Shown one piece after another: positions 9,415-19,455 of a DNA stretch of 60,652 nucleotides. This stretch comes from a virus (Duplodnaviria; Caudoviricetes). The position numbers and the translations under genes were made by a program. How positions within the stretch are numbered: position 1 is the stretch's first letter; each line of letters opens with the position of its first letter. Below the pieces are notes generated by a model. It made no database searches. It was not told where the DNA came from and saw nothing but the letters and a program-made list of their open reading frames with translations. The stretch covers positions 1 through 60,652 of IMG/VR virus record IMGVR_UViG_3300038679_000011; one strand, given 5' to 3'.

Positions 9415-10790
9415 GGCTCGATGTCCCTTACATCAAAGTCCGTGCTGTCATCTTCGTCTTCGTCTTCGTCTTCGTCGACTTGACCGCGAAAGTCGTCAAG
9501 GCCCTCAGTGATTGCATTGACTTCATCCTCTGTGAACTTGTGGATGAGCGTCAAGTACTGCCGCGGTGCGATAAGATTATCAGCGCCGCTAGTAAAATAC
9601 TGAGCAATGGCCTTCGTACGGCGGTCTGCATTTTCCGTGATGTCTTTTTCAGTTGGCGAATCAAGGTCCGGCCAGTCAACGATAAAGCCGTTGGGCGTTT
9701 CAGGTAGCACACCAGCTGCCTGAAGTCGTTTTACCACAGGCCGAATAACCATCGGAGTTAAGTACTGATTTTGTCGCATACGGACTTTGTCGTGATGACT
9801 TTTCGTATCTTGCTCTGACGCAAGCTTCGCTTCTTCGGACCCAATAAACACTCGCCATGGAATGTCAATCGACATAGCAAGTGCTTGAATTAGCATCTTA
9901 AAGTGCCCAGTCGGGTCTGCAACTTGCGGCGTGAGTGATGTAACGTTCATACCAGTAAGCGTCAAATATCGCCGTAGTCCCTCAGAGTACTCCAAAATCT
10001 CTTGTTTCGTCGCTTCTGTATCGATGTTCACAGCATCTAAGTCAAGCGATGGGTCAACCGTAATTGCATACCCAGGAAACCCGCCACGCCAAAACATCTC
10101 AGCGCTGCCGCCACATGTTTTCTTAAGGTCCAGCAAGGTGTTGTAGCCTTCTTGCATTCGCGGCACACCGTAGACGTCGTTCGACCCACAACGATCAGCA
10201 ATGTGCTCGACTCGTGACCAGTGTATTGTCTTTGACTCTTCAGAACCCGACGCGTTAAGAAATGTAACGTTATACGCTATTGGCAACCCAAATCGCGGAC
10301 TCGTTACATCTGTCTCGAATGCCGAGATGTCAACTTCTGACTCATCAAATACTCGCAGGTAAAGCAACTTTCGCTTTAGCGATGATTCGACAGGTTCACT
10401 AAGTTCAAGACCATCATCGAATCCGTAGAGCAATACACCGAAGCATCCGATGCCGCTGAGCCGGTCAGCCCTTGCCAAGTAGTGCAGCAAGTGCATCTCT
10501 TCATTAAGTGCTTTCAAAGCCTTTTCAAAAGGCGTTTCATCAGCATTTTCTGTCTCATAGATTTCCGGCAAGACTTTCCAACACGCATCGGGCCATGCAT
10601 CTACGATACGGCGTCCAAATCCTGAGCGGTCATACATCGCCTTGTAGTCGTCAGTTGAAATCTCTACAGGGTATCCGCACTCAAAGTCGATGTTGCGGAC
10701 GTCCTCAAGCGCCTTCTTTAGCGCTGATCGTCGAAGCGTCGACACCGCGTTGACCACTCGCTCTATCACGTGGTTAAAGACCAGTTTCAT
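9411..10790 (-). CDS. Portal protein (DUF1073-like)
   Basis: 459 aa between terminase and MuF; RIVDAWPDACW, IHWSRVEH and IPWRVFIGSE motifs. Confidence 0.85.
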   Translation of the reverse strand: MKLVFNHVIERVVNAVSTLRRSALKKALEDVRNIDFECGYPVEISTDDYKAMYDRSGFGRRIVDAWPDACWKVLPEIYETENADETPFEKALKALNEEMHLLHYLARADRLSGIGCFGVLLYGFDDGLELSEPVESSLKRKLLYLRVFDESEVDISAFETDVTSPRFGLPIAYNVTFLNASGSEESKTIHWSRVEHIADRCGSNDVYGVPRMQEGYNTLLDLKKTCGGSAEMFWRGGFPGYAITVDPSLDLDAVNIDTEATKQEILEYSEGLRRYLTLTGMNVTSLTPQVADPTGHFKMLIQALAMSIDIPWRVFIGSEEAKLASEQDTKSHHDKVRMRQNQYLTPMVIRPVVKRLQAAGVLPETPNGFIVDWPDLDSPTEKDITENADRRTKAIAQYFTSGADNLIAPRQYLTLIHKFTEDEVNAITEGLDDFRGQVDEDEDEDEDDSTDFDVRDIEP

Positions 10791-12646
10791 TTGGTATAGC
10801 CGCCTCCAACTCGGATTTGCTTTTGAGTTAGCATACGAAATGCGCCACTCGATGCATCAACTTGGTCCTTGAATCGACTCTCGGGGAAGTACCGGAGCTC
10901 TTCGAGATACTCCAAGTTCCAATCGCCCAACACGAGGTTCACGTGGCCGTCGTTCACTGCTACGCTGAATGCATCAGCTCGCCAAATCTTGTCGCCAGTT
11001 GGCCGCTCACAGAGTACGCTGAACCCACGAAGGTTCTTCTTTGTAGCAATAGCAGAATCTTTGCCGCCGCTGCCAGGTTCTTGTTCAATGCCAACCCGCG
11101 TGCGAAGACCGTCGATGTCGGCTCGCTGCTTAATCACAGACTCACGAACGTTCGACTCCCACTGGCCACGGGTGACGTCGAGCACCCAGTACTCGCCGTG
11201 ATCGTCTACACTCATCTTTACGCCGGCGGTAAAGGCGCCCGCACCCTCGGTGCCCGCCTTGTCCCAGTACCGGACGATTTGTTTCAAAACAGTGGGAGCG
11301 CTGTTCCGGATCTTGATGCGCTCCCACTTGAACATGCCGCCTGACGGTGGCGACGGCGACTGCAGGTACTGTGCTGCGTAAAGGTATTGGCCGAGCTTTC
11401 GCTTCTGAGCGAGGACCGTGGCAGGCAGGCGCCGCGGGTCCATGAGACCGTCGACATAGAACTTCGCGAGTGAGCGAGGCTTCACGTCGTCAGTCAGCTC
11501 AGCGGGAATGCAGATGTGCCGAACAGAGCCCGATCCGTTCGCGATGCGGAGCTTCTCACCCGTCGGATCGGCCTGGTTCAATCGCTGCATGATGAGAATA
11601 GTAGGCGCGATGCGCTGATCCACTTTTCGCTGTTCGATGCCTTCATTGACCCAAGTATTTGCAGCCTTAATCTCGACTTCAGAATGTGACTTATTCGGAT
11701 CCAGCGGGTCGTCGATGACGTTGGCGTGCGAGTGAAAGCCCGCGACGCCTCCCGTGCCGACGCCCATTCGCATGCCTTCCTTCTCGTTGACAAAGTGGCT
11801 CTTCGCGTTCTGGTCGTCACGGAGCCGGATGGGAAACGACGACTGATACTTTGCTGATTGAATAACTTGCCGCGATTTACGAGACAAGTCCATGGCCAAG
11901 TTGTGTGCGTATGAACCGCCGATGAGTCGAAACGACGGCATGCGAGTCCACGTCCACGGCGTAGTCATGACTGATGCGCAGATCGACTTCGTCGAACCCG
12001 GCGACACGTTAATAATCAGATCACTTTCCTTCTCTCGCCACTCAAAGACTGGCTCTAAGGTCTCTTGAATAGCATCACAAATAATGCGAATGTGCCAGTT
12101 GTCTACAAACGGTTCAGCAACAATCGTTGACCAGAACTCTTTCATAAACACGTACAACGACTCGCGGCACACGCTGGCCACAAGGTCATGTTCTTCGTAC
12201 TCGAATGACCGGCCCGTTCTAGTGGCCTCGAGCAGAGCAAGTCGTTCATCGAGCGACAATCCAGCAGCATCGACCTTCGTAACAAGCGTATCATCATTGC
12301 TGATTTCGAGTAGCCTTGCTTGTTTACGCACATGCGTCTTGACCCATGCCACAGCACCGTCAATATGAGCAGGGTCTTCCACGACCGCAAAATCACAGTC
12401 CGTAGCACTAAGCTCGTTGGGCGCACGAAATTCAACTCGCTTTGCTGAGACATGTGGCCACTGAAGTAGTTGTTCTTCGAGCAAGGCTTGTGCATCTCGC
12501 GGCCGTCGACTTACCCATACTGCACCGTTAGCCCATGCCCACAGCAAGAGAACCTTGCGTGCAGAGCCTGTGCCCTTAACCGTGAGTAGCCCACGATCAT
12601 CGAACACGTGCTTCAGATAGTCAGGCAGTTTGATGCGTACTTCCAC
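10787..12646 (-). CDS. terL: Terminase large subunit
   Basis: Walker A INVSPGSTKS, Walker B VIDDP, IMQRL, nuclease RYWDKA...DQVDA. Confidence 0.92.
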   Translation of the reverse strand: MEVRIKLPDYLKHVFDDRGLLTVKGTGSARKVLLLWAWANGAVWVSRRPRDAQALLEEQLLQWPHVSAKRVEFRAPNELSATDCDFAVVEDPAHIDGAVAWVKTHVRKQARLLEISNDDTLVTKVDAAGLSLDERLALLEATRTGRSFEYEEHDLVASVCRESLYVFMKEFWSTIVAEPFVDNWHIRIICDAIQETLEPVFEWREKESDLIINVSPGSTKSICASVMTTPWTWTRMPSFRLIGGSYAHNLAMDLSRKSRQVIQSAKYQSSFPIRLRDDQNAKSHFVNEKEGMRMGVGTGGVAGFHSHANVIDDPLDPNKSHSEVEIKAANTWVNEGIEQRKVDQRIAPTILIMQRLNQADPTGEKLRIANGSGSVRHICIPAELTDDVKPRSLAKFYVDGLMDPRRLPATVLAQKRKLGQYLYAAQYLQSPSPPSGGMFKWERIKIRNSAPTVLKQIVRYWDKAGTEGAGAFTAGVKMSVDDHGEYWVLDVTRGQWESNVRESVIKQRADIDGLRTRVGIEQEPGSGGKDSAIATKKNLRGFSVLCERPTGDKIWRADAFSVAVNDGHVNLVLGDWNLEYLEELRYFPESRFKDQVDASSGAFRMLTQKQIRVGGGYTK

Positions 12647-12651
12647 GTGGC

Positions 12652-13275
12652 CTACTCTACTTTAATCTCGATGCTCGGGTTCAGACGCTCGTTAATTGGC
12701 AGCCTTACTTTCTCGTCGATTCGGCGAGCGATGGCTTCAGCAAGTTCCATGTTATCAACTCCACAAACATCATTGATAGCCATGACGATTTGCATCACAA
12801 TGAGATTGATAACTTTTACGCTCACTTTATCGCTCTGTTCTTTTTCGATCTTCGACGCGGCAAGTACTAATTCTTTCACGGCGTTCATCGCTTGATTCAG
12901 CGTCTGCGCCATGAGGGCCTTTGTTTCAAGGCTAAGTTTTGTGCCGATCTTCTCGTCAAACAATGGCGACGCAAGACGCAACGCCTCACACGCTGTCGAC
13001 CGAGCAATAGCGAGTTCTTCATATAGCGCTACTTGTTCATCGTGCGGCTTATTGAGCGCTTCATTAACTCGCTCACTCAGCTTAGGCCCAAGATACTTGG
13101 AATAGAAGCTCGGCAACTTAAGAGTTCCTCTCTTGAATAGGTACGCCGCGGCACGGCGCCCGCCATGAAATTGGCAATAATCACTATATCGTAGTGCCCA
13201 TCGTCTGCAACGATTTCGAGTTATTCGAGATCGTGCTTGACACTGTCGCGGATGCCCTTCTGGTGGTGCTGGCAT
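12652..13275 (-). CDS. Putative terminase small subunit (HGG zinc-ribbon N-terminus)
   Basis: CQAR...RC...CQFHGG; helical body; directly upstream of terL. Confidence 0.7.
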   Translation of the reverse strand: MPAPPEGHPRQCQARSRITRNRCRRWALRYSDYCQFHGGRRAAAYLFKRGTLKLPSFYSKYLGPKLSERVNEALNKPHDEQVALYEELAIARSTACEALRLASPLFDEKIGTKLSLETKALMAQTLNQAMNAVKELVLAASKIEKEQSDKVSVKVINLIVMQIVMAINDVCGVDNMELAEAIARRIDEKVRLPINERLNPSIEIKVE

Positions 13276-13351
13276 TCTTTAAACCCTGCCTTACATTGAA
13301 TAATACAAACACGTGACTACGGCACAACCCAATTTCAAAATTTATTGCAGT

Positions 13352-13582
13352 TTATTTATGCGGCCTTTTAAGTACTTGTTCTATAACCGTTTTAACGCGT
13401 TCGCTGACTTCATGAATGTGATTGTTTTCAAGCATACACTGGTAGGCCGACGACCAGCCACACGCTGCAGCAAAAGCTATTTGCGTGTAACCCATAGCTC
13501 GTCGCTGCTCACGAAGTAGCTGGCCGTCGACCGCATACCGGTGTGAAACCACACGAAACACGCTGTCACTAGCGTTGCTCAT
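13352..13582 (-). CDS. XRE-family helix-turn-helix protein
   Basis: LLREQRRAMGYTQIAFAAACGWSSAYQCMLE. Confidence 0.8.
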   Translation of the reverse strand: MSNASDSVFRVVSHRYAVDGQLLREQRRAMGYTQIAFAAACGWSSAYQCMLENNHIHEVSERVKTVIEQVLKRPHK

Positions 13583-13905
13583 GCTTCGTCCTCTGTACTA
13601 CCTTCGACGTCGCACCGCAACTCTTGTACTGCAGCAGCGACACGAATGGCGTTATTCTCGTATTTCCCTGCACTCCGACTTGGCGAGTTGAACACTTGCA
13701 CTACGCACTCACGACAGATGTGACCATTGCACCAGTCACCGTTGACAGCGACGAGCACTTCCAGCTGCACCCGCGATTGGTGAGTACGGCCTGTTGAATC
13801 AACGTAACGCAAGTCTTTGACCGGCCGATACCTATTCTCAGGTATTACTCTATTTTCATTAGCAGTAATTTCTTTGCCGCACCCATCACAGTAAAGACGA
13901 ATCAT
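13579..13905 (-). CDS. Hypothetical Zn-ribbon protein
   Basis: CDGC...CREC; GGAG RBS. Confidence 0.55.
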   Translation of the reverse strand: MIRLYCDGCGKEITANENRVIPENRYRPVKDLRYVDSTGRTHQSRVQLEVLVAVNGDWCNGHICRECVVQVFNSPSRSAGKYENNAIRVAAAVQELRCDVEGSTEDEA

Positions 13906-13917
13906 CTTAGGTCTCCT

Positions 13918-14100
13918 TTACTTCCACTCTGAATAATCAATATGTTCTCCGAGCCGCGTGTGCTCGGACTCTTTGCCACACGATGGGCAACGTATGTACT
14001 GCTCTTCTCGAATTAAGTCAGATACTAAAACTGGCGTACCGTTGCAATACAGCTCTTTGCACCTGCCACCTAGTATCAACTTTTTCCGCAATACTGTCAT
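13918..14100 (-). CDS. Hypothetical small protein
   Basis: 60 aa with CPSC; in operon. Confidence 0.45.
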   Translation of the reverse strand: MTVLRKKLILGGRCKELYCNGTPVLVSDLIREEQYIRCPSCGKESEHTRLGEHIDYSEWK

Positions 14101-14133
14101 TCACAGTTTCCTTATTAGGCACCTCGTTCTTCT

Positions 14134-14661
14134 TCAACCAAAAGTCGTCGAGTCGTTAACACGGCGACGCGCTTCATCGATATACTGTTTCTTATTAAAG
14201 TGATCAGTTGTATCGATAGCTTTAGCAAGTAGCAAAATCGAAGCTCTTGCCACTACATCTACGCTGCTTGTGCTACTCGATTCTTTTGTATCAGATTTGT
14301 TGCTGACACAGCACATCTGCATCATAGCGTTGTATGCCATAGCATCATTGAACCCAGCTTTTTTCAATGAGTCAAATATCGAGAACATCGTGGGCGCAAT
14401 TTGATCTCGCACCTCACTAGAAGTTTGCTCAAGATCGTGTATCATCCTCGCTTGTTTCGACGATGCAGCACGGTCTAGCATGGTTACTGCATCATACAGT
14501 CGCGACCAAAGACCGTAGATGAGCTCACGATTTTGAACGCATGTGTTGCATAGTTCCAACACATCTGACTTATCAGCACACGCTGAACAGCGAACGAAGC
14601 CAGCTTCTTTTATAGCGTTAAAGTGTTTAGCGTAGTCCTTCATGTCTTTCAACGTGTACAT
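14134..14661 (-). CDS. Hypothetical protein
   Basis: 175 aa, CSAC..CNTC, co-oriented in operon. Confidence 0.5.
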   Translation of the reverse strand: MYTLKDMKDYAKHFNAIKEAGFVRCSACADKSDVLELCNTCVQNRELIYGLWSRLYDAVTMLDRAASSKQARMIHDLEQTSSEVRDQIAPTMFSIFDSLKKAGFNDAMAYNAMMQMCCVSNKSDTKESSSTSSVDVVARASILLLAKAIDTTDHFNKKQYIDEARRRVNDSTTFG

Positions 14662-15047
14662 AACAGCCCCTTATTTACGAAGTACTTTACGTAACACGCC
14701 CTGCAGCACGCGCCGCGGAGCAACATTTTTGAAAACGCTTCAGCGGTCTCGTCGCTCGATAATCCTTGTTCTACATACTTTGAGAGCCGTTGGACAAGGC
14801 GCTGAGAGATAATGACCCATTGACGCGATCTCACTTTAATACTCGAGCAAACTGGGCAGCGACGCTCAGGAATTCTCACATTCAATAAAAGCTCCCGACG
14901 ATTCGCTCGAGTTCGCTGAAGATACTCAGGCCATGTCTCGTCGTCCAACTTCTTTGGAGCGATACGCCGCTCTTGTTGCTCAATTTCTTCGACGGTCTTA
15001 CGAGCGTCTCGGAACACCTTTGACCAGTCCATAACTGCTCCAATCAA
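14649..15047 (-). CDS. Hypothetical Zn-finger protein
   Basis: CPVC...CRAC; start uncertain. Confidence 0.5.
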   Translation of the reverse strand: MIGAVMDWSKVFRDARKTVEEIEQQERRIAPKKLDDETWPEYLQRTRANRRELLLNVRIPERRCPVCSSIKVRSRQWVIISQRLVQRLSKYVEQGLSSDETAEAFSKMLLRGACCRACYVKYFVNKGLLCTR

Positions 15048-15119
15048 CTACAATCAACTACAAGTTTAGTGGATACGCTCATGAGTTCACAAATCGTGAG
15101 TCAAATCCGCTAAATGTAT

Positions 15120-15439
15120 GAAAACAGGCTGGGGTTAACTGAAAATGGTTTTTCAGTCGGGGTTCGTTCGTTCGTACGAAAGTTATCTTCTTCCTACTCT
15201 ATAAATCGAATCGACAATATCGACAATTCCTAATTTTAGAATTGGAGACCCTATTACTACTACTACTACTACTACTACCTAGGGGTTTTTTATGGTTAAT
15301 TATATATATAATATATATATACATATATTATATAAGTAGTATATTGTCAATTGACAATAGTAGTGGAAGAAGATAACTTTTGAAAGTATCGACGGAGGCT
15401 GACTGAAAAACCATTTTCAGTTAACCCCGACCTGTTTTC
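15120..15439. repeat. ~100-bp imperfect inverted repeat flanking an AT-rich (TA)n/(TAC)n core; candidate replication origin
   Basis: 15120-15220 vs reverse complement of 15341-15439 share GGGGTTAACTGAAAATGGTTTTTCAGTC and AAAGTTATCTTCTTCC; ORF-free. Confidence 0.75.
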
Positions 15440-15500
15440 GTGCACCTGAGGCAAAACGCTCGTTGTTTTCGTGCACCTGAGGCAAAACGCTCGTTGTTTT
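15433..15500. repeat. 31-bp tandem repeat x2 plus partial copy
   Basis: TGTTTTCGTGCACCTGAGGCAAAACGCTCGT at 15433 and 15464. Confidence 0.9.
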
Positions 15501-15732
15501 ATGAACATCGCTCAGAATCACCTAAAATTTTCAGTCGACGTACTTCGTTGTTTACAACCTTGTAGGCACTCTCAGGCAGCACTAGCGTCTTGTCCGACGC
15601 TCTCACTTCGTAGTATTCTGCGTTGCCGTCTACGTCCACGCATACGCTGAGGCAGTACGGCGAGTGGTAAACAGTCTTTATTCGCGTAGCACCCACATAG
15701 ACGTTAACTGGTACAAGTAATTGTGTCGTCAT
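15499..15732 (-). CDS. Hypothetical protein
   Basis: 77 aa, overlaps upstream stop. Confidence 0.5.
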   Translation of the reverse strand: MTTQLLVPVNVYVGATRIKTVYHSPYCLSVCVDVDGNAEYYEVRASDKTLVLPESAYKVVNNEVRRLKILGDSERCS

Positions 15733-15941
15733 TGGTCGTCTCTACTCGCTGCTTCTTTCGCTCTCGCTTGGCACGCAGCGCACCGCGACATCTTGTTAAG
15801 TGTATGTCGTACGCCGGCAGACTTTCGCGTGCACAGGGCGTACTCCAGGTCTGTCCGATGCATATCACAAGCTACTTTGATGATGCGGGTTGCTTCTGTC
15901 TCAGATCGCATAATGTCTCTTCTCACTTTACGTTTTCTCAA
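15729..15941 (-). CDS. Hypothetical basic protein
   Basis: 70 aa, coupled to neighbours. Confidence 0.4.
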   Translation of the reverse strand: MRKRKVRRDIMRSETEATRIIKVACDMHRTDLEYALCTRKSAGVRHTLNKMSRCAACQARAKEAASRDDQ

Positions 15942-16414
15942 CAGCCACTAAATTTGATGAACGCCTCGGCTGCTTCACGGGCAGCTTTGTGCGTGTTCCA
16001 TTTCGTCTTGCCTTCCCATTCTAGGTTGACGCCGTCCACCTTCACGTAGTAGTGCTTACCGTATGGCCAGCGGAATGTCGTGATCTTCTCGACATCCGGC
16101 CATGTATCAACGTCACGCTCCTCTAGGACCTCGACTAGCGAGGAGCACATATCGCCGTTGCGGTTGACGTAGTAGCCGCCCCGGTCATGTGTTCCAGAGT
16201 CGATCTGCACAGCCAAAAGCATCGATGTCAAAGCCAACGTGGCAAATATGTCACTTTCGTGGGCATCAATTGCAAAACGGGCCGAATTGGCTCGGAGAAT
16301 ACTAACAACTGCTTCTTCGGCGTCGCGGCAATCAAGGACTAAGTACCAGCACGCATTCGCACTTTTGCAAGATTTGCCCAGGACAAATTTCATGGCATCT
16401 GCACTGCCTTTCAC
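15938..16414 (-). CDS. Hypothetical protein
   Basis: 158 aa, in operon. Confidence 0.55.
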   Translation of the reverse strand: MKGSADAMKFVLGKSCKSANACWYLVLDCRDAEEAVVSILRANSARFAIDAHESDIFATLALTSMLLAVQIDSGTHDRGGYYVNRNGDMCSSLVEVLEERDVDTWPDVEKITTFRWPYGKHYYVKVDGVNLEWEGKTKWNTHKAAREAAEAFIKFSGC

Positions 16415-16441
16415 GGATCATGAACCTCGACATCTGATGTC

Positions 16442-16744
16442 TTACTGCTTGTCGAGACCGCCGTCGGTCTGTGGCACAATTCCGACGTGGTCCCTCATCT
16501 GTTTTAGAGGACAGTGTGGGCTACATTCAGGCCAGTTGCCGCAGTCACCTTCATCATTAAACCAGCACCCCTCGTATTCCCGGTGCCCCATGATATCTGT
16601 GATCCATTTTCTGCACTGCTCCCGCTCAGCGTCGCGTTCCTTTGTCAATTTGGCGATCTGTTCATTAGCAGCGGCGAGGGCCTTCTGATAATCTGATTTC
16701 AACATTAGAATCCGTGGTACAGGCGCATCATCTCCGTGTTTCAT
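16442..16744 (-). CDS. Hypothetical coiled-coil/Cys-rich protein
   Basis: 100 aa, AGGA RBS. Confidence 0.5.
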   Translation of the reverse strand: MKHGDDAPVPRILMLKSDYQKALAAANEQIAKLTKERDAEREQCRKWITDIMGHREYEGCWFNDEGDCGNWPECSPHCPLKQMRDHVGIVPQTDGGLDKQ

Positions 16745-16761
16745 AACGACTTTCCTTTAGT

Positions 16762-17298
16762 TTATCTTCGGCGATAGTGATGTACGCATGATGCACACAT
16801 GTTGTACACGCTATTGCTCGCGCTATTGCTCACGCTGTTACTTGCACTGTTGCTCGCGTCTATGACACCTAGGGCCGCGAGGAAGAAGATGATCCGCACT
16901 CGTAGAGACTCTTCGCAGGCCAGCCTATACCACGCTGTACTCACTTCTGGAGCACTACTGTCGTAGACCGCAGGCGTACGCAGAACCTTTGACAACAGCT
17001 CGTCCACGTTGACGTGTGGCCATGCTACCTTCGCCCGTAAAGCTTCTGCTGCATCAGCAAGAGAACCAGGGACAGGGTCAGGACCGTTGCAATCAAACGG
17101 TGTACACGTGTAGTCCACGAGGGTGCGACCGCATTTTTGGCAAACAAAACCTATACGGCTTAAGAACCTGGCTTCTGCCCACAGATGAAAACACTTGGGC
17201 ACGCCCATGGCTTTCCAGTACAGCTCACGGATCGCGTGTAGAAACTCTGCGTCGGTCTTGCACGACCCACTGATCGCTTGAAGTTCTAGTAGTGTCAT
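16762..17298 (-). CDS. Hypothetical protein
   Basis: 178 aa, AAGGAG RBS, CQKC, SNSASNSV repeat. Confidence 0.55.
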   Translation of the reverse strand: MTLLELQAISGSCKTDAEFLHAIRELYWKAMGVPKCFHLWAEARFLSRIGFVCQKCGRTLVDYTCTPFDCNGPDPVPGSLADAAEALRAKVAWPHVNVDELLSKVLRTPAVYDSSAPEVSTAWYRLACEESLRVRIIFFLAALGVIDASNSASNSVSNSASNSVYNMCASCVHHYRRR

Positions 17299-17741
17299 AA
17301 TGACTCCTTCATTTTACTTTGCGCTTCACAAAACGCTGCTAGTATCTTCAGTCCTGCTCCCGGGTCACCAAGTGCCTTGAGCAACTTGTAGTCTAGTTGG
17401 GCTAATACAGCGCCTCGCTTAATAGAATAGTGAGTCGCGACTGCTTCGAACCGAACCCAGTCTGTATGGTCAAGACGCACAATGAGTGCGGTGTCGCCGC
17501 GCTTAGTGATGTCAGACATAAACTTCCACTGCTGCGGCGTCGTGCTGCGGTCACCACGTTTGAACTCCAGCCATCCGCGAACGCAAGTATGGCACACGTA
17601 TCTGTCGGGCAAGCCTGCTTGTTGCATCTCGCCGCCGACAAACGCAACGGTAATTGCGTTGACTCGCCGCAGTCGGTCACAGAACCAACGAGTAAACGCG
17701 CTTTCAGACTGCGGCCGTCCAGTGATGCCGTTATGACCCAT
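17295..17741 (-). CDS. VRR-NUC/PD-(D/E)XK nuclease (Holliday junction resolvase-like)
   Basis: ESAF...AGLPDRY...WLEFK...TPQQWKF. Confidence 0.8.
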   Translation of the reverse strand: MGHNGITGRPQSESAFTRWFCDRLRRVNAITVAFVGGEMQQAGLPDRYVCHTCVRGWLEFKRGDRSTTPQQWKFMSDITKRGDTALIVRLDHTDWVRFEAVATHYSIKRGAVLAQLDYKLLKALGDPGAGLKILAAFCEAQSKMKESL

Positions 17742-17776
17742 AACAAGCCCTTTTGTTTAATATCGCTTCAGCGCCG

Positions 17777-17989
17777 TTAGTTGCATCGCCTTGTGTGCGT
17801 CTCTTCATCTCGCATTGCTTTATGCACGTCTAATACTTTATCGAAGCCTATCAGTTGCATAGCACGTCGAACTAATCGTTCAACGACGCCAATAGACTGT
17901 TCAATAACAACGATAAACGCATGAACACACGCTCCAGCAAATATGCCGATAAAAAGAACTGCACACAGTTCAAACACGACGTCCCACAT
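17777..17989 (-). CDS. Small membrane protein
   Basis: N-terminal hydrophobic helix. Confidence 0.45.
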   Translation of the reverse strand: MWDVVFELCAVLFIGIFAGACVHAFIVVIEQSIGVVERLVRRAMQLIGFDKVLDVHKAMRDEETHTRRCN

Positions 17990-18176
17990 GGAAAATCCTT
18001 TCGCACATGCGTCTTAGCAATCCCTTTTGTTCGCCCATCTCAAGTGCTTCGACTCTCGTCTCAAGTGCTTCGACTCTCGTCTCAAGCGAGGCAAATTTCG
18101 ACCCGGGCTGCGATGCCCGTGCTAGTACCTTGCGTTCGTGGTCGATCTGAGCTTGCTTAATTAAGTCGTCGTTCAT
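17970..18176 (-). CDS. Small coiled-coil protein
   Basis: LETRVEA heptad encoded by a 21-bp tandem repeat; GAGG RBS. Confidence 0.55.
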   Translation of the reverse strand: MNDDLIKQAQIDHERKVLARASQPGSKFASLETRVEALETRVEALEMGEQKGLLRRMCERIFHVGRRV

Positions 18177-18324
18177 AGTTACCTCGGCTCGTCTCTACAG
18201 CGATGCGTCGCATCTCTTCTGCAAGACGTTTTGACGCGATTCGTGAGTGATACCATGTCGACCACGCATGAACTGCTAGTACAACTATCCCGCATGCTGT
18301 TGCTACATACAACACGTTCCACAT
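18157..18324 (-). CDS. Small membrane protein (55 aa, not in the supplied ORF track)
   Basis: AGGAGG RBS, ATG 18324, MWNVLYVATACGIVVLAVHAW... Confidence 0.5.
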   Translation of the reverse strand: MWNVLYVATACGIVVLAVHAWSTWYHSRIASKRLAEEMRRIAVETSRGNYERRLN

Positions 18325-18360
18325 AAAAGCCTCCTAATTTATTTGGTGTTTATTCAAACA

Positions 18361-18861
18361 TCACAACGACTCTGCGAGAGCACGTACTTTCTTCTTTACC
18401 TCAGGGTCGTTCCACGCTCGGTTGCGTCCGCTTGGGTGCGGCAACGGCATCCATTTTGCAGTACTTTCCATGAGATAACCACTGACGACTACAGGTCCGT
18501 CGAACACTTGACCCACGCGATACGGTACGCCCCATGCGTCGCACACGCGACGACCAAAGAGCAATACGTAGTCATACTCGCATACCACGTGACTCGCTAT
18601 TGCCGCGACAACTTGTTGAGCTTCTTTGTTGTCCCACTCACCAGGTGTTGGACTCGGCCACAGCAAATTAATCCCGTGAGTCCAGCGAACGCCAAGCTTG
18701 TCAAGAAACTCACGCCGTGGTCCGCGATTATAGAGCCCCATGCGAACCCGCAGAGAAAATGAGTATTCATTACTGAGCACTGGACTCCATCGTTCTTGGT
18801 TGAACCGTTCGCCAATTGCTAGTACTTTCATTAAACTTGCCTTAAAATTGGACTGCGGCAC
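18361..18861 (-). CDS. Uracil-DNA glycosylase-fold protein
   Basis: VLAIGER...INLL...VLLFGRRV...PLPHPSGRNRAWN. Confidence 0.65.
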   Translation of the reverse strand: MPQSNFKASLMKVLAIGERFNQERWSPVLSNEYSFSLRVRMGLYNRGPRREFLDKLGVRWTHGINLLWPSPTPGEWDNKEAQQVVAAIASHVVCEYDYVLLFGRRVCDAWGVPYRVGQVFDGPVVVSGYLMESTAKWMPLPHPSGRNRAWNDPEVKKKVRALAESL

Positions 18862-19455
18862 TTATTTTTTCATGACACGACGGATATACGCAGTAACTTC
18901 GTTTCCGACAAGAACAGCTGCTGCACGTTCTAAGAACGCATTTCGTAAGTTGTTGACATATGTAGAACTAACGCCGAGCTCTGTCGCAAGCTCTTTTGCA
19001 GAGCGACCTTCAGCTAGTGTTGCCCAACCAATATAGAACAACTGTGGCCGTATCCGACGTCGTAGTTCATCAACTATATACCGGGCATCAGTCCCGTTAC
19101 CGGCATCTGTGCTTACTTGCAACGGTTCTAAGCACTCGTTTTCCCTACCGCCTAAGGATACTGTAGTTTTGTTCTCTGATATGCCGTATCTGACCATTTC
19201 GCTAATAACATTCGATATGGTCTTTTTTAGGTCATCGGCCTCTACCCGGCGTACGCATCGCCACCAACCCTCATTGATAAGTTCTTGTGGGCTCATAGTG
19301 CGGCCTGTGAGCGTTTTTATGCAGGCATTCGCCTTTTTAGCACAGAACATCAATAAGTACATATGCTCATCAGACATGTGTACTCTGTGATCTTTCAACG
19401 GACGCCCCATATTAACCTCAATGCAACTCAGGTGCATTTGCGTCAGCCTTTTCAC
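18862..19455 (-). CDS. Sigma-factor-like protein with C-terminal HTH
   Basis: QELINEGW (region 2-like) and EGRSAKELATELGVSSTYV (region 4-like). Confidence 0.55.
   Translation of the reverse strand: MKRLTQMHLSCIEVNMGRPLKDHRVHMSDEHMYLLMFCAKKANACIKTLTGRTMSPQELINEGWWRCVRRVEADDLKKTISNVISEMVRYGISENKTTVSLGGRENECLEPLQVSTDAGNGTDARYIVDELRRRIRPQLFYIGWATLAEGRSAKELATELGVSSTYVNNLRNAFLERAAAVLVGNEVTAYIRRVMKK

Noticed and set aside
3695-9483. Long plus-strand ORFs (e.g. 3695..4768, 8566..9483)
   Set aside because: Antisense shadows of well-supported minus-strand genes; no motifs or RBS
9411-10790. Anti-CBASS Acb1 label sometimes attached to this family
   Set aside because: Size, motifs and position between terminase and MuF indicate a portal protein
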